Shown here in pieces: positions 12,401-27,400 of a DNA stretch of 64,000 nucleotides. The notes below the pieces were generated by a model, which searched no databases, was not told where the DNA came from, and saw only the letters and a list, made by a program, of their open reading frames with translations. How positions within the stretch are numbered: the stretch's first letter is position 1; every line of letters begins with the position of its first letter. The translations under genes and the position numbers were made by a program. The stretch is from the NCBI RefSeq assembly GCF_964355755.1, contig NC_092671.1, forward strand, positions 26,548,070 to 26,612,069, given 5' to 3'. This DNA comes from Antedon mediterranea (lineage: Eukaryota > Animalia > Echinodermata).

Positions 12401-15400
12401 GATGCAAAGTAAATTAATAATTAATAGCAAAGTTATCATATGACCGAGTATAATCTAACCCCGCTAAGTTACCAACATTTCCTACATAGGCCTTTCCCGC
12501 CCCGCCGCCCACCCAATATGTATAATTTGTTGTCACCTTGTATTCTGTATTTTACCATTGAAATGCCAATGCCCATCCATCTTTACCTAGATACAGAATG
12601 AACCCAAGTACTAACAAGATCTCCTCTCAAGTGACTCTTTACAATCTTGTTTATGATAAGTGTACTTATCAAAACTCAAAGAAGGCTATATATTTAATGT
12701 ATATTTTTCTTTTTAACTGGTAACCTGTTACTTTACTAGGTCTGTTATGGATTATTGGGAATAGAATTTCCTTGTTTATTGTGTCTTTAAAAACTCTAGA
12801 CTAGTACTATAGTAGTAGTAGTAGTAGAACTGGAAAGTGAAGGTATTCTCAAACAATGTCAATAACCATTGCGTTTTTGCTAAAATTTGTTATTCAGAGA
12901 CTATTAAATTACATTCTAACATGCAATTTTTAATCAGGTATTTCCACTGCCAAATGGAGGTTGTGTCATCACAGCCAAAATAAACCTTTTTCCTCTTATT
13001 ATGACATAATCATGAATTTATGATCACTTTTATACTCCAGTTTTATTATGTCATTCAGATAATGGTATGTACTTGAATGCAAAATGATAAACTATCATTC
13101 CAAGAAATAGAGACTTATCATGCTGTACAGTATATATAGCTAACCTGTATGCTACAAATAATCATTGATCTTCTTATGACTAATAATATTTGAAGGCCAG
13201 CAATGATTTGTGCAATAAGTGCCTCTCTTTGTCTAATGTGTTAAGGTATTGAAATTATACAAAAGACCCGCCTCAGAATAATTAAGTGTCGTTTTGAGTT
13301 TGATCAAAATATTTGTTTTGTTGTTACATAATTTTCAACCTATTCTTGCACTGTATGTATACTTTTTCCAGTACCATAGGCAAATCCTATATACACTGTC
13401 AAGTGTCAGTTCTGTATCACATCATAGTCCATAAGCTCTGTCTACACTATTAAACTTTATGTGACAAAAAATGTGCACATATCCATATGGACACAAAGGT
13501 GTCATACCACTGCCATATTTCGGCACATAACACTTTTTTTGTCTACTAGTGTACTACTAGTGTAGACAGAGCTTAATATGTATTGTTATATGGGCACAGT
13601 GGTACAGAGAAATTTAATGTAATATACCGTATATCACCAAGTATAATTCCATGCTACATACGGTCACATTGTTATGATTTAATCTAAACTAGTTTATAAA
13701 CTAATGAATACTGGTATTTTCATATTTTTTGTTATCTACTGACCACTCTCCGCCCCTTTTTATTCCTCAGCATTGTTAATTAAATTTGTTTTAACTACTA
13801 AAACACTTGTTCCTTGTTGATTGAAGACAATCACATCTTCCATATAACCAATGTAAAGTTCATTGGCAGAATCACTTTTTTTATTATTACTGAAAATTAA
13901 ATACCTTTCTGCATGACACTCTTTTTCGTATAATTTTTTAGTAATTCATAATCATTTAATCACCAATACTAATATCGCGACAACCTGTGTCAACGATCTG
14001 TCTATTCAAGCTTATAAATTATTTATAATTGATTGCAAAGACTGTCAAAATTATTCTACTGCAGTAACTAAATTTTTTAAACTGCAGTAATGTATGATTT
14101 TAGTTTGTTTCAATGTAGACAAGGTATGTTCACTGTAATAAACAGGTGTGTATGATTTACCCTAAAAAAGCTTCTAAATAAAAGGTAAAGATATTTATAC
14201 AGTATTTGTCCTCAAGTTTAACCGGAAACTGAGGAAATTTGGAGTAGGCCCTCCACGAACCCGGAATAGCCAGCAGGCCTGGAGGAAATGATCCCCTACT
14301 CTTTGTGAATAGTGTACCAAGTTCTTTAACTATGTACAAGGGACCACCAGCTTTAGATCCCATAAGGACGAGACAATGAGAGTAAAACATCTTGCCTAAG
14401 GATACAGTTAGTGTGGTACAGATAGATATGCAAATAGTTGCATAAACAGATTAAAGAGTAACGAATACTGCAGTAACTGCAGTTAAATTTGGTCCCTAAA
14501 CCATGCCACTCATTGATCACTCATCAAATGGTGTGGATGTTCAACAGAAGATTGTTGTTTTAAAAAATTGTTGTTTTATTGGCACTAAAGCGACATCTGT
14601 AGTGATGTGACGTTTGTAGTTTAATTGTGTATTATTACACTTAATAGCCTCCTTTCCTGAATTTCTGTTCAATTCCCTGTAATTATTGAACATGATTATG
14701 TAAAATAACTCTCTGATTATCTTTGCTTTATGTTAATGTTTCCTGTCCTGTAAGGTGTATAGCACTGTAAATAGATATTGAACAATTTAACAATGTAATA
14801 TTATAGTTCTTTGGGATTTGAAACAAAATGAGAACTAAGAACTATAATGGGTTTAACCTGACCGATTTTTTTCAATTTGTTGGATGTAGTCTTTTATTGC
14901 TGACCTAAAATAAGGTCATTATAGGAAATTTAAAAAATCAATAATTGGTGTAAACACAGACCTTTAACCCCAAATACTGTCTCTGGTGGTACCTTGAATG
15001 AATAAGTATATTATTAAGTTGATTTTATTTTGCTAAAATTCTGATTATATGGAGACAAGTGTAGCTGCCCACCCACACTTTCCACTCTCTCTAGATCTGC
15101 ATGTTCAAAGTTTCCCGACTTGTAAATACAGTAGCTTGGGGTTGGGCTTGTACTACTCTACTACAGTACACTCCACCAAACATCCTCTACATTTTGTGTT
15201 GTACATTGTATTTTATCAATTATATCAAACCTACCTGCTATACCGACATGCATAAAATCAATAGTGTTTAATTTTATTGCTACAAAATCTATTTTTAAAC
15301 TTTGTAGTCATTGTATAATCAATAAATGAGCATATGTTATGACTAGAATTATGTTTTTTGTTAATTATAACCATATGATGATTTTAATATAACAATAACT

Positions 15401-18400
15401 AAAGTAATCCACAGTCCTAATCCATTAACAAACCTAGCAACAATTATTGTCTAACCATAGGGGCATCACATGGAGAAATGGCCCCTGGTTTAGCATACCT
15501 AAGTGGCTCACTAATGCTGGATAGTCTTATGCTCTGGGCCCATAGTTTAACCAGTAAGTGCTCATAGTGGTTGTGCCACTATGCAGTAATGCAACATGCA
15601 TTACTGCATAGTACCAATTACAGTATTTTTACTTTTACAGTAAATTGTTGCTTAAATCCTTTATGAAACACTAATCCCCTTTATAGTAAGCACCTATTGT
15701 TATTGTTATAAAATATTATGAACCATTGTTTGACATGCTGATTTGAATGTATACCCAAAATAGTACAGAAAAAAGAAACCATTTGTGCCCATATGCACTT
15801 TTTGGACATCCATACAAATCCACCACAATACAAGTGTATATCATGATATACCTGTATTCCCAATACAATAAATAAGCAACCTGTTATATACAAATTTAAG
15901 ACTTATTCAAGTGAATATAAGCCAATTTGTGTGTGCGAAGTATGGCTATTTCTTTTTATTAAATTGTGTTCAGTTCCTGGCAACCAGTTCCTGACAACCT
16001 TTCGCTTTTTTTGTGGATAATCTAATTGTAACTATGTGAGGTCAATGTGAAGGAGAACTTAAGCGGTAAAGGAAGAACTCATCCCATAAATCATGAAATT
16101 AAATAGATTATTCAGAATGACAACTTTTATCTTGGGTTTATACTCACAATTTATGCTACTTTTTTATGAACTATTAGGGTATGTTCAGATCCATGAAGTT
16201 ATGCTTTTGTATTGCAAGCAATGTCATTATAATTAATGCCTCATAACAGCAAAGTATTCAGAATTTGGGCGGACATATGGTATGCAAGAGTAAATTTGAT
16301 TGGTTGGGAGGTCAAAATTGTTGATGAATGACTTTTGTATCGTAAGCGTCTTTCACTAATCTTGTATCGTGAGCTGTCGTGACAAAGAAACGATCAGTGG
16401 CTTGTACTAATCAGCCATATGGAGTTACAAAAGCATAACTCCGTTGGTCTGAACAAGCCCTTTTTAGTTATTGAAACTTTTAGGTTTAACCAGGTCATTG
16501 GTTGAAATCTTGAGGTGTGACAGTACTTGTTATGCCTTTGCCTCTTCTATCTTAAGTACAAAAGTTAGTTTAGGAAGTTTTAAAGAATGAATATATTAAT
16601 AAAGAATTATAATGATACCTTTTATTCCCTATTAGTGCGTTATAAGTAATTTGTAAACTGCACAAAGGTTAGAAATGTATATGCACGTATCCTTGTCACC
16701 ATCTTTTTCCTGTTTGTTTGCTGTCTAGTTGATTATTACAGTAGTTGTGTGTAGGCACCTCTTAACCCGTACTACATTTCAAGTATTAAAATGTTCTTGA
16801 ACATTGGTGATTTTTATGATCTTTGCAACATTGTCACCAGAATAATGGCACGCAAAGATAGCTTTACAGAGTTGAATCAATTAATTTAATAATACCACAA
16901 AAATATTGAAATCAACTTTTATTCTCCCACAAGATCTTGTCATAAACTTGAGGGCTATAGTATATTTTTATTTTTTCATTTGAATGTGTGTAGTGTTAGC
17001 TGACAAATATTCCATTTACAGAGTTCCTTCTTCTAGCACAAGGAACCCATAGTAGTCTGAAACGTTGATTTATTGACGCAAGTCAACCTGAATTTCATCC
17101 TTGCATTTAACTTAATTTTGTGAAGATTCTAGGGCAAGATATTCTGAAAAGAAGTTATTGTATCATCATAAAACTGGGACAATTGTTGAATTGTAACAAA
17201 CTTCTCAGTTGAAAATAGAATTGTATGCCCAATTGAAGTTTGATAGATAGACATGCCCTAATTGCAGTCTAATAAGATAATGTAAATATTTATTTGAATT
17301 CGTTGATTTGGAATGGAATATCTACAGAATCTTTACTTATGATTACTGTATGTAGAATACATGGCTTGTTTAAAAATATTTGATTATAAAACATCTAGCT
17401 TATACAGTACTACAGACAGGAATCTTTTTCCTTTATACAGTATGACCTGAATGTGTACAGATGGCCTAGAATAAAATAGTCAAATGCGTCAATTCGAGGT
17501 ATATTCATCATTTAAGATCATGCAAGGCAACTAAAGGCTGAAATACATATGATTTTTCTCAAATAACATCGATAAGTATGGAACGCCGTTTACGCAAAAT
17601 TTCGATGATATGAATTTTATGACGTGATATGTGAATGAAATGCAATGATATTAATTGAATGGCGCGATATATGAATGAAATGTTTTGAATTGAATGCTTT
17701 GAATTGAAAGTTTTGAATAAAATGTTTTGACTGAAATATTTTGAATGAAATGTTTTGAATGAAATGTTTTGAATGAAATGTTTTGAATGAAATGTTTTGA
17801 ACAAAATGTTTTGAACGAAATGTTTTGAATGAAATGTTTGAATTGAAGCAGCGTGGAAAGGAGATGAGGCCCAGAGGGTACCCAGGCTTAAGAGGTTGAG
17901 AAAAAAATCGCGAGCGGGAATGACATACGCCGCCAATAGTTTGACTTTTCAATTCAATTCAAACATTTCATTCAAAACCTTTCGTTCTTCAAAACATTTC
18001 GTTCAAAACATTTCATTCAAAACATTTCATTCAAAAAATTTCATTCAAAACCTTTCATTCAAAACATTTCATTCAAAACATTTCATTCAAAACATTTCAT
18101 TCAAAACATTTTATCCAAAACATTTCATTCAAAATATTCAATTCAAAGCATTCAATTCAAAGCATTCAATTCAAAACATTTCATCGATGCATTTCATTCA
18201 CATAACCCGTCATAAAATTCATATCATCGAAATGTTGCGTAAACGGCGTTCCATAGATAAGCATTTAGCTTGTAAAATCATACAAGTATATTTACAAATC
18301 TTTGTCATCTGTCCGGCTTTATTCACAGACTAGGGGGTCGCATGGCCTTCAAACTTGGTGAGTGGGTGCAGCTCAGTTGCGTTTGTTAGGTCGTCAAGGT

Positions 18401-21400
18401 CAAATTTCTAATTTCTGAAATTGCTCCAATATTTGAAATCCGCTCCTATAGTAAAATGTAATATAGTTACTGCAGCATTCAACAACTTTACCATGTTGTA
18501 TTTGACACAGCACATTTGAGGATTAAAATGCCATGATTGTTGACCCTGTGTCGTTTACAAGAAGGGTTTATAGGGCTATCTACTGTAAAAAGTATTTGTT
18601 TGATAGTAAACAAAGAAATGGTATGAACCTTGTTCTTAGAAACGATCTTATGGCATTAGCATATTCAATATGTATGTAAAACATATTTGTTCGCGTATTC
18701 TAGTGTTATACCACGATTCTCATTTCAAAATGCATGCACCAATTCCCTGAAGGTCTTGTTTTATTTAAGTAGTCAATAGCACCTTGGAGTTGATTACATG
18801 TAATTATAAATTCATTAATGTTTAAATAAGTTGACTTGTATATTCAGCAAATTGTTCGTACTGGCATGTAAAAATAAAATCAATAATGTTGGGATGCTCT
18901 GACAATAAAACATTGCAGGGCCTTGACCTATCACAATGAATGGCATGACAATTGTAATTGACAGTAGATGTATTATTTGTATCAATTCTGGATTTATTAA
19001 TAGCCTACCTAATACTATTGATACAGACTAGTGAAAAATTGTAAAAATTATAATATTTGTCACTTCCTCATACCATACCAATTTAAGTTGGAAATGTAAG
19101 TTGGGTATTTTTCAGAGATTATGAATCCTGTAAAAGTTAAAAAATTCAGTATTCTATATTGTAACACAGAGAGAATTCAGAAAGTGGAGGAGTGAAATAG
19201 GTGGAGAACACTTGTAGGACCCTGTTCAATGGATTGTTTAAGAAAAGTAAAGTGCTAGATTATGCAATTTTTTCTTAGATTTTTGTTTCAACCTGAACAA
19301 AGTTATGGTATAATATTTGATTGTATTCATGACTGAGCTTAATCAAAAGCTTTACTCTCAACTGTCAGACATTTTTATCTTTTAGATATCGAACTCAGCC
19401 TGTTGAATCTTCCAAGTCTGAGAAGGAGCAAGCAAAGAAGCCAGTAAAGAAGCCCACAACACCTCCATCGCAGAGGTTTAAAACACAGCCCATCACACCA
19501 GATGAAATGGCCCAGGTGAAACAGTTGATAGAGCCTTCAGACACAAAGGCTTCTATCTCTGAAAGGTATGGTATTATTTAGTATTGTCTATTTCAGATAA
19601 AATTCATACTATACTTATGCATTGAAATCAACAATAGCAAAAAGAAATAGTGGTCAAACAACCAAAATACCACAGATCAAATTAAAAAATCATCTGTACT
19701 TTGCAAAACTTGCCAGCGGGCATTTCTTTTGTATGACAAAATATATATAAATCCAAAGGCAAATTACTGGGAAAATGACAATGCTATGGGTATCAGTGGC
19801 TGGATCTTAATGGAGTTTAGAAATAAATTAAGCAAAAAGCTAAATCAAAACAAGTAAAACAGCCAGAAAAATGAGCAGAGCTTTCGAGCAACAGTAGCCC
19901 TTCATCAATGCAAGTAATAAAGTATATAATTATAAAAGGATGATGTGCAGCTCATTCAACAACAATGAGGAATGAAGCTTTATTAAATGCTTTATTTTAA
20001 ATTATGATCCTTAAAGTGGGCTAATTTATAGGTAGTTCATTGAACTTAAGATGTTTAAGTAGAACCCCTATTAAGGGGACACCACAGGACCCAACAAAGT
20101 ATCTCCTGAATAGTGTTTAATTATTATTAGTGCCCCTTGTTTAATGTGAAATGTCACCTTAATAGGAGTTTCCTCTGAATAGGAGTGTCCCAAGTAGGAG
20201 TTTTCCAACATCGTAACTGCTCCTTGCACATCTAGGCTTTAAATAAACTCAATGACATTTATTTACATCTAAAAGCACACAAGAGCAAGAAAGAAATATA
20301 AATAAATTTACTAAACAATTTGGGGTAATGTACAGTTATGAAAATTAAGAAATAAATAAGTGGGCAAAGTCCACCAAAAATGAATAATAAAACATTAATC
20401 TTAAAATGAATAATATATATTTTAGAATAAATATCAGACTACTTAGGCACTGGAGTGTACCAGTAGTTTGCTGCATGTTTGGAAAGCAAATCATCTTTTA
20501 ATTTCAAAGCTATTACAGTATTTATATTTCTAATGAATATTTTTACTGTTGACAAAAATACATATAGCCTTGAGAATGATTTGATTTGAAGATAATGAGT
20601 TTTAAAAACTACTTAAAATTCGGAAAAGTTTGGAACATAAATCGTATAAAACCAAACCTAATTCCAGTTTTTTTAATTTTTAATTTACTTCCTTTTTGAC
20701 TTTTTTTGCTTCCCTTGAATACTTACCTGGATGTTTTATTTCCTGTTCTCATTGAAATACTTATAAATGATAATAGTCAATTTTATGGATTTTTGTATTT
20801 AAAAAAAAAATCCTTTTCCTTTTGGTAAATGTTAATAATTTCCTTTGGTCTACACATTGTATTCTCAATATTACTATTTCAAATATGTGTGTAAAATTTT
20901 ATGACGGAAAAAAATCATTTGTCCAATAAAATTTGCAACTACTGTTGCTTCTATAGCAGACTGCCTATTAAAAAGGGACCCAACATAGTATCCCTTTACT
21001 ATGGGTTGAATGGCTGTAGTGTAAAACATATATTTCCCCTTGTTCAGTTAATATGGGTGTTTGTTTGTTTGTTTGTGACTAATATAAAACCAGATGATAT
21101 AGGGAAATTGGGATACACTACATAGAAAGAAAATTATAAATAATATAACTAACATTATTCTGTGGTTTGTTTAGGTTGCAAAATTTAAAAAGAAATGGAC
21201 AAGAAGGCTGGAAGAAACGATTAAATAAATATGATGATGTACCAAAATCTACCGTCAATGATCGATTATCTCCACTTGAAAATAGTGCATCAGTTAAAAG
21301 CAATGGAGAGGTAAGTAATGTAAGATAATCAAATTAAATATTCATATTTTCTCAATTTTGTCTACATCCTCCCTCTAGTCCATCACTTTAATACACCATC

Positions 21401-24400
21401 ACTTCTGGAAGGTGATAATACTGTCAGGCCTTGCCCAGTCCATTTAGTTTGATCATTTGTTCATGGTATTATTGTTGTCTTCATGGTTGTATTATGGTTT
21501 GTCTTGTACCTAGACATTACTTATAGTACAGGACAGGGGGTTTACAAACCTATAATCACAAAGAATATGGTCAACATTTATGTTATGAACAATCTTTTTC
21601 AAAATGGTTACCCAATGGCTAATAATAAAGACCATTGCCATTAATAAAAATGTATTGGAGTTCATTCAATAATTAGTTTTAATTTCAAAATATAAATAAA
21701 GTCCATGGAATTCACGACCACTGCTCTCTAACTTAGTGCCCAACTGGTGTGTTTATTATCATTCATTCTTTAATTCAGATAAATATCCATATAGGGAGAA
21801 AATTCTATACATAACAAAAATAAATATAATAAGAAGTATCGGACTAAATATAAAGTAAATAAAATGGTTTTACACCATCTATGGTACAATTTAGACTCAT
21901 TATATTCATCATTATTTATTAATTTGTAGGTTGTTGATAAGCCGTCAAGTAAGATGGGTATTGCAGAGCGTTTACAAGCACTTCAGCAGTCTGGGGAGAA
22001 TCACTGGAAGTCAAAGGTTCAGAAGAAAGATATTGAGCAATTTACCATACAGGGAAAATTAGAAAAAGCAGGAAAATCGTCAGATTCTGTTTCATCTGAA
22101 GAGAAATTGTCTATAGTAAATAGAAAAAGGCCTGGGTCTTTCAGAAGTGAGTATTTTAGTAACATGTATGGTTCGTGGTTGGTTAATATGGACCTTTAGA
22201 TTTGTGACAATCAACGACCTAACTAGGTCAGCTCAATCATTGTGTAAATGGTCATCGTCTGGACCTACACTCATCAAAATTGTTTTGAGGTTGGAAGTGA
22301 GGAACATATCCCAATATCCCAGGCCTCGAATTTTACCGCGGCCAGTGCCGTCGGTGCCCTCCCAGTTGGCCTCAATGCCCTCGAAAATAAATAGCACCCA
22401 CGGCCACTACTGGCCTGCCCTTTTTTTTGCGTTGGCCGCGAGTGCCCTTCCCGAGTTTTACCACAATAAAAACCACTGAATTAGATAGAAAATAATGTCA
22501 AGAAGATTTGTTTACACGACTCGGACGAGACGCAAAACTATCGCCTGTCTTCGTTGCAAGGGGATTTCCCTAAACGCATTTATTAATACTGTACACACAA
22601 ACAGTAAACAAAACATCGAACATTGCAATAGGGTAACCAAAACAATATCATCCCGGCCGCCGTGCGTGGTAAATCATGGTATAGATAGTACATTAAAATA
22701 CAGGGGTGTAAACTTTAATAATCAAGCTAAAAACGTTCCTCGATCGGAGGTTACTGAAAGTATTAAAGTCGCACAATAATCGAGCTAGCCGCCTTCGATA
22801 AAAAAAATTACATGCACTCCTAGCTAGCCTAGCCTATCCTCCCGCCGCCGATCCGGTCGAACACACGCAATTCAATGCATTGGGAAAACAATTCTATTTG
22901 ACGCACACGCACCCTCTGATAAGAAATTTCACACACTAACTCACAATGTCGTGTGTGAGAGTACGCGCGAAGGATCGGATCGTTGGAAAAACAATTCCTT
23001 TTGACGTACACGCACCCTCTGAGAAGAAAATACCATGTGCGTTCCTGCATGGTGTAGTCCATTATACGTGTAAAATTAGGGGTGTTTACCTTTAGCACCA
23101 AAGTTAAACCTGCACCTCAAACCGAAGATCGTTGGAAGTATATCATATTTATATTTTATCGCACCCACCTCAATCCAGCAGACAGATCATCGAAAAATCT
23201 TGTTTAACAACGTCGTACACTAAATTACCAAACGCGTTTTTACCGAATTCAAGGAAATGGTATAGTCCAGAATACACGTGCCGAAGGCTGAACAGAGAGA
23301 GAGAGAAAGGGGTCGGTGTCCGTCCGTGTTTTGAATTCTTATACATATGGGTTATACTAACAAAAATGCTTCAGAAATCGAAACTCGGAAAATAACTATA
23401 ATTTATATTCTACTACATAATGTCATTGGCTTGATTTTTACCGTGGTTAACACTCTGTGTATGAATAGTTGTAGGTAAGGCCTACAAACAAATTGTTTTT
23501 GTATCATGTTTTCTCCGTCGGCTGCTAGCTAAGTAAGGCTGAGTAGCTTGCTGTTATTAAGGGTTTTTATACCTGTTCCGGGCCTTACTTGGTTGGCTTC
23601 ACATGCCTTTTTATCGCATTATTTGAAACTAAACGAAACATTCAACACAGGACGGTAAACTATAAACGCTGAACATCGTACCTATTTATTATTTATATGG
23701 ATCGTAAATACACGTAATATTTATATGAAATACAAAAAGATGTATTGTAGACAGTCCTACTACTACTCCGCGATCTGATGAATAGGGGGAAATCTTCAAA
23801 ACATTTTGCGGGTAGAATTTTTTTTTTTTTTTGGAAAAAAATTCCACCCTCAACCGGAAACAAGCTATTTTTAAATTTTGGCCTAGTTATTAAAATATTT
23901 TTTGATTTTGGCCTTGGTGCCCCTTTGATTTAAAACAAATGGCCTTGGTGCCCTCCCATTTGGCCTTGGTGCCCCTAAAATCAATGAAAACCGGAGGCCA
24001 AATGGCCTTGCCCCTAAAATCCCCAAATTCGAGGCCTGATATCCCCACACGCACACAATAAATTAACATAACTCGATCGTCGCAAATTGAAAAATCCCTA
24101 ATAGCTAGCAAGTGCAGCTACTATGTAAGTTAACAATGGCTGTTGGAATGTGACTATATTCACTGGAGTTTTATGAGGTTCAAATTATTAGTGTAAATTG
24201 TACTATATCTTCTGACTTTACCTCGTCGATATTGTATAGGCTTCCCTCAACGCATTATTTTTATTATATAAATGTATAGGCCTATAGTAGACAGAATTCC
24301 TATTATGTGGGCCCCTTTGAATACATTATTATATATATTCAAAATATGCACAAATTTCCATTATTCTATAATCTTAATTTCCTGTTGCTTAAGAAGGCAA

Positions 24401-27400
24401 TTATACTAATTAGTATGTTCTCTTATTTTCAGCTATTAGCCAAAAGAAAGAAAAAAATGAAGAGAAAGAAAATGAAACAAAGAAAAACCAGATAAATGGA
24501 AAATCATTCTTACTACCAACAAAATGTAAGGTTTATAGATTGTTTTATTGTTCTATTAATTAATCAGATTAATACTCTAATGGCATAAATAGTGCCATTC
24601 ATCCAGTCAGTGTTGTATGGTGACTATAGTGTTTATTCATTATGGTAATCTAATAAATAATGCTAATATTCAAAAAAACAATACATATTTCCTGTCTATG
24701 AATTGTTGCCAATATTGATCAAAAGTAAAATTACTTATACAAAGAAATAAAACTTTGGTGTAAGAGATATCAGCCATACTGTGCCATATTACTTGTATTT
24801 GTAGTCAAGATATTTAAATTCATTGCCTTATCCCAGATGGGACATAAGCTATCCCGTATACATAAATAGCTTGTGTACACCTTAGGTTAAGTCCTAAATG
24901 TGGCCCTTTCAGTATAAAGAAGAAATAATTTAAAATTTTGTTTGAAGATCTTATGAGCCAAGATAAGAGATATATCAGCCATACTGTGCCATATTACTTG
25001 TATTTGTAGTCAAGATATTTAAATTCATTGCCTTATCCCAGATGGGACATAAGCTATCCCGTATACATAAATAGCTTGTGTACACCTTAGGTTAAGTCCT
25101 AAATGTGGCCCTTTCAGTATAAAGAAGAAATAATTTAAAATTTTGTTTGAAGATCTTATGAGCCAAGAATGATGCTCTTGAAAATTCACAATTTTGCATA
25201 AAAAGCATTTAGTATATTCAATTTACAGTTAAAGTTTCAAGCAGTTCATCCTCCACGCCAACCACCACTGAATCATCAGAATCCGAGCCAGAAGTGCGCC
25301 TTATAAAGAAGAATATCTCCGTCCTCGTTCCTGGTGACGACAAATTTGAAGAGTTCTTTCAGAGCAGTTCCAAAACAGTGACCACTGTGTCTTCTACAAA
25401 AAAAGTTGAACAGGTCACGAGTCTCTCACAAGAGATTACCATTTCAGACTTTGATTTATTAACAGAAAAGAGTGGACCAAGGTATGTACTAGATATAATG
25501 CTATATTGCACATTTTAAATGATTTGATGATTAAATGATTTAAACTGAAATGTGCCCATATTATATGGACACAATGATGTCATGTCACTACCATATTTTG
25601 GCACATAACACTTTTTTGGTCAAGCTAGTTTGATAGTGTAGACAGAGCTTAAGGACTGGTTCACACTATTATAACTGTAATCGAGAACGTGATCACAGTC
25701 TGCATGTGAACACATGATCTGGATAGCACAATATTCCTTGATTGATTAGGATAGGTTGAGAGGATAGAAACCTTTGTCCCCCATCAGTGATCTTGTTTAT
25801 TTAAAAGACAAAACCTCACATGTTTTCAATTGCTTAAACAATAACAAACAACTTAACTAAAAAACAACCCAAAAATGATCTTTGTGACTGAATTTAAAAT
25901 TATTATAAATTTATTATACAGATATAATCACAATCAAATATAATTAGTAAAATAGATACTAAAAGAAAAACACAAGACAATAGGAATAAATAAATTCACA
26001 ACATAATGGAAAAACTGACACAGACAGACAATTTTATTCTACTATTTAATCTCATTTAATTGCTGTGTGCATAAATATTTGCCTATACAGCAAAAGATTA
26101 TTATACCTTAATATGATAATCTAAATAGAGTCTGCCTCGTGGCATCCTCTTCTTAGTCAAGGTCACTGAGACAGTTTCTATTTTAAAAATTCTAAGTTAA
26201 ACAACATGTATGATTCATCCAATTATAACTGTATTCTTTCCTAACGTAACAATTACAGTTACACACACATACACATATTGTTATATTGAATCTATATATT
26301 GCTTTCTACCATACCATGCTGAGATCAATACGTTATCAAACTGGTTTTGAACATACCATTGAATGCCAGTGTTAAACATGGTAGGGCAAACAGTTTGAAC
26401 ACTTTTTTCTGTAAGGTTACACATGACTTCAAAAGTTTCTCTATTAAATAAACACCTGCGTTGATAACAGTTTGTCAAAGAAACATTTACATTACTAATG
26501 ATTAACTCATTTACATTACTAATGATTAACTAATTTACATTACTAATGATTAACTAATTTACATTACTAATGATTAACTCATTTATGTAGGGAATAATAT
26601 GAATCAAAATCCCACTGTCAAACTGTTTTCACATGGTAGGATGAAGAATTTAAATATTGAATATAGTGACATATTTATTATGTTTTTCCATTAACTTAAA
26701 AGTAATATTAAATGTACTATATAATATAAAATTAACAGGCAAAAAGAAACTACAACCCACCCAGTGATGTACTAACAATTATCTATTGCTTTCCTTTAGA
26801 TTTTCTATCTTTCAAACTATGCAGAAATTCAACCGAATTAAATTACTTTCACTGTATATAATCCACAGATGACCTTTGACATAGTTCTATACTAAGTCCT
26901 ACTCTCGCCACTAATTCATGTAGGATAAGCATAGCTAAATTTACAAAATGTTGTCACTTGTAATATCTGTTATATATTTGGATGGATTTGATATTAGATA
27001 TTGCTAAGCTTTATGTAAATTGTAGTTTATTAAATTACATAATCAATATCTGTAAATGTATTGTATTACACTATTTGAAATGTGTCTATCAAGTGCGCCA
27101 ATAATAATTTAAGTAACAATGCGCAATTCAACCTAGGCTGCAAAGAAGAGTTTTCTTGTATTGTTTATCGCTATAGAGTCACGACGGTAGGTGGCGCTGC
27201 ATGGTTGCTAGCGCAATCAAAAATGCGTTCAGCCTGTCTGAATGGTTTGGAATAGGCTTATTAAAGTAGTCATTTTAAAACTTAATAATTTTCAATAAAA
27301 ACAAACTAAAATTTCAAAAGATCACTAAATATTTGTTTTTAATAATCTATTTATTCTTCAACTACAGTTTAAGTTAAAAAAAATCAAGCTAAGATATATA

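Noticed and set aside
12129-12515. Poly-T run followed by A-rich sequence, a possible reverse-oriented retrocopy
   Set aside because: No convincing TSD, ORF or recognisable family.
17559-18333. ORFs of 111-145 aa with [14 protein letters not shown] repeats
   Set aside because: Translations of the 14-bp arms of the foldback element.
20060-20210. Tc1/mariner-like MITE remnant (similar sequence at ~62040-62155)
   Set aside because: Too degenerate to fix the termini or TSD.
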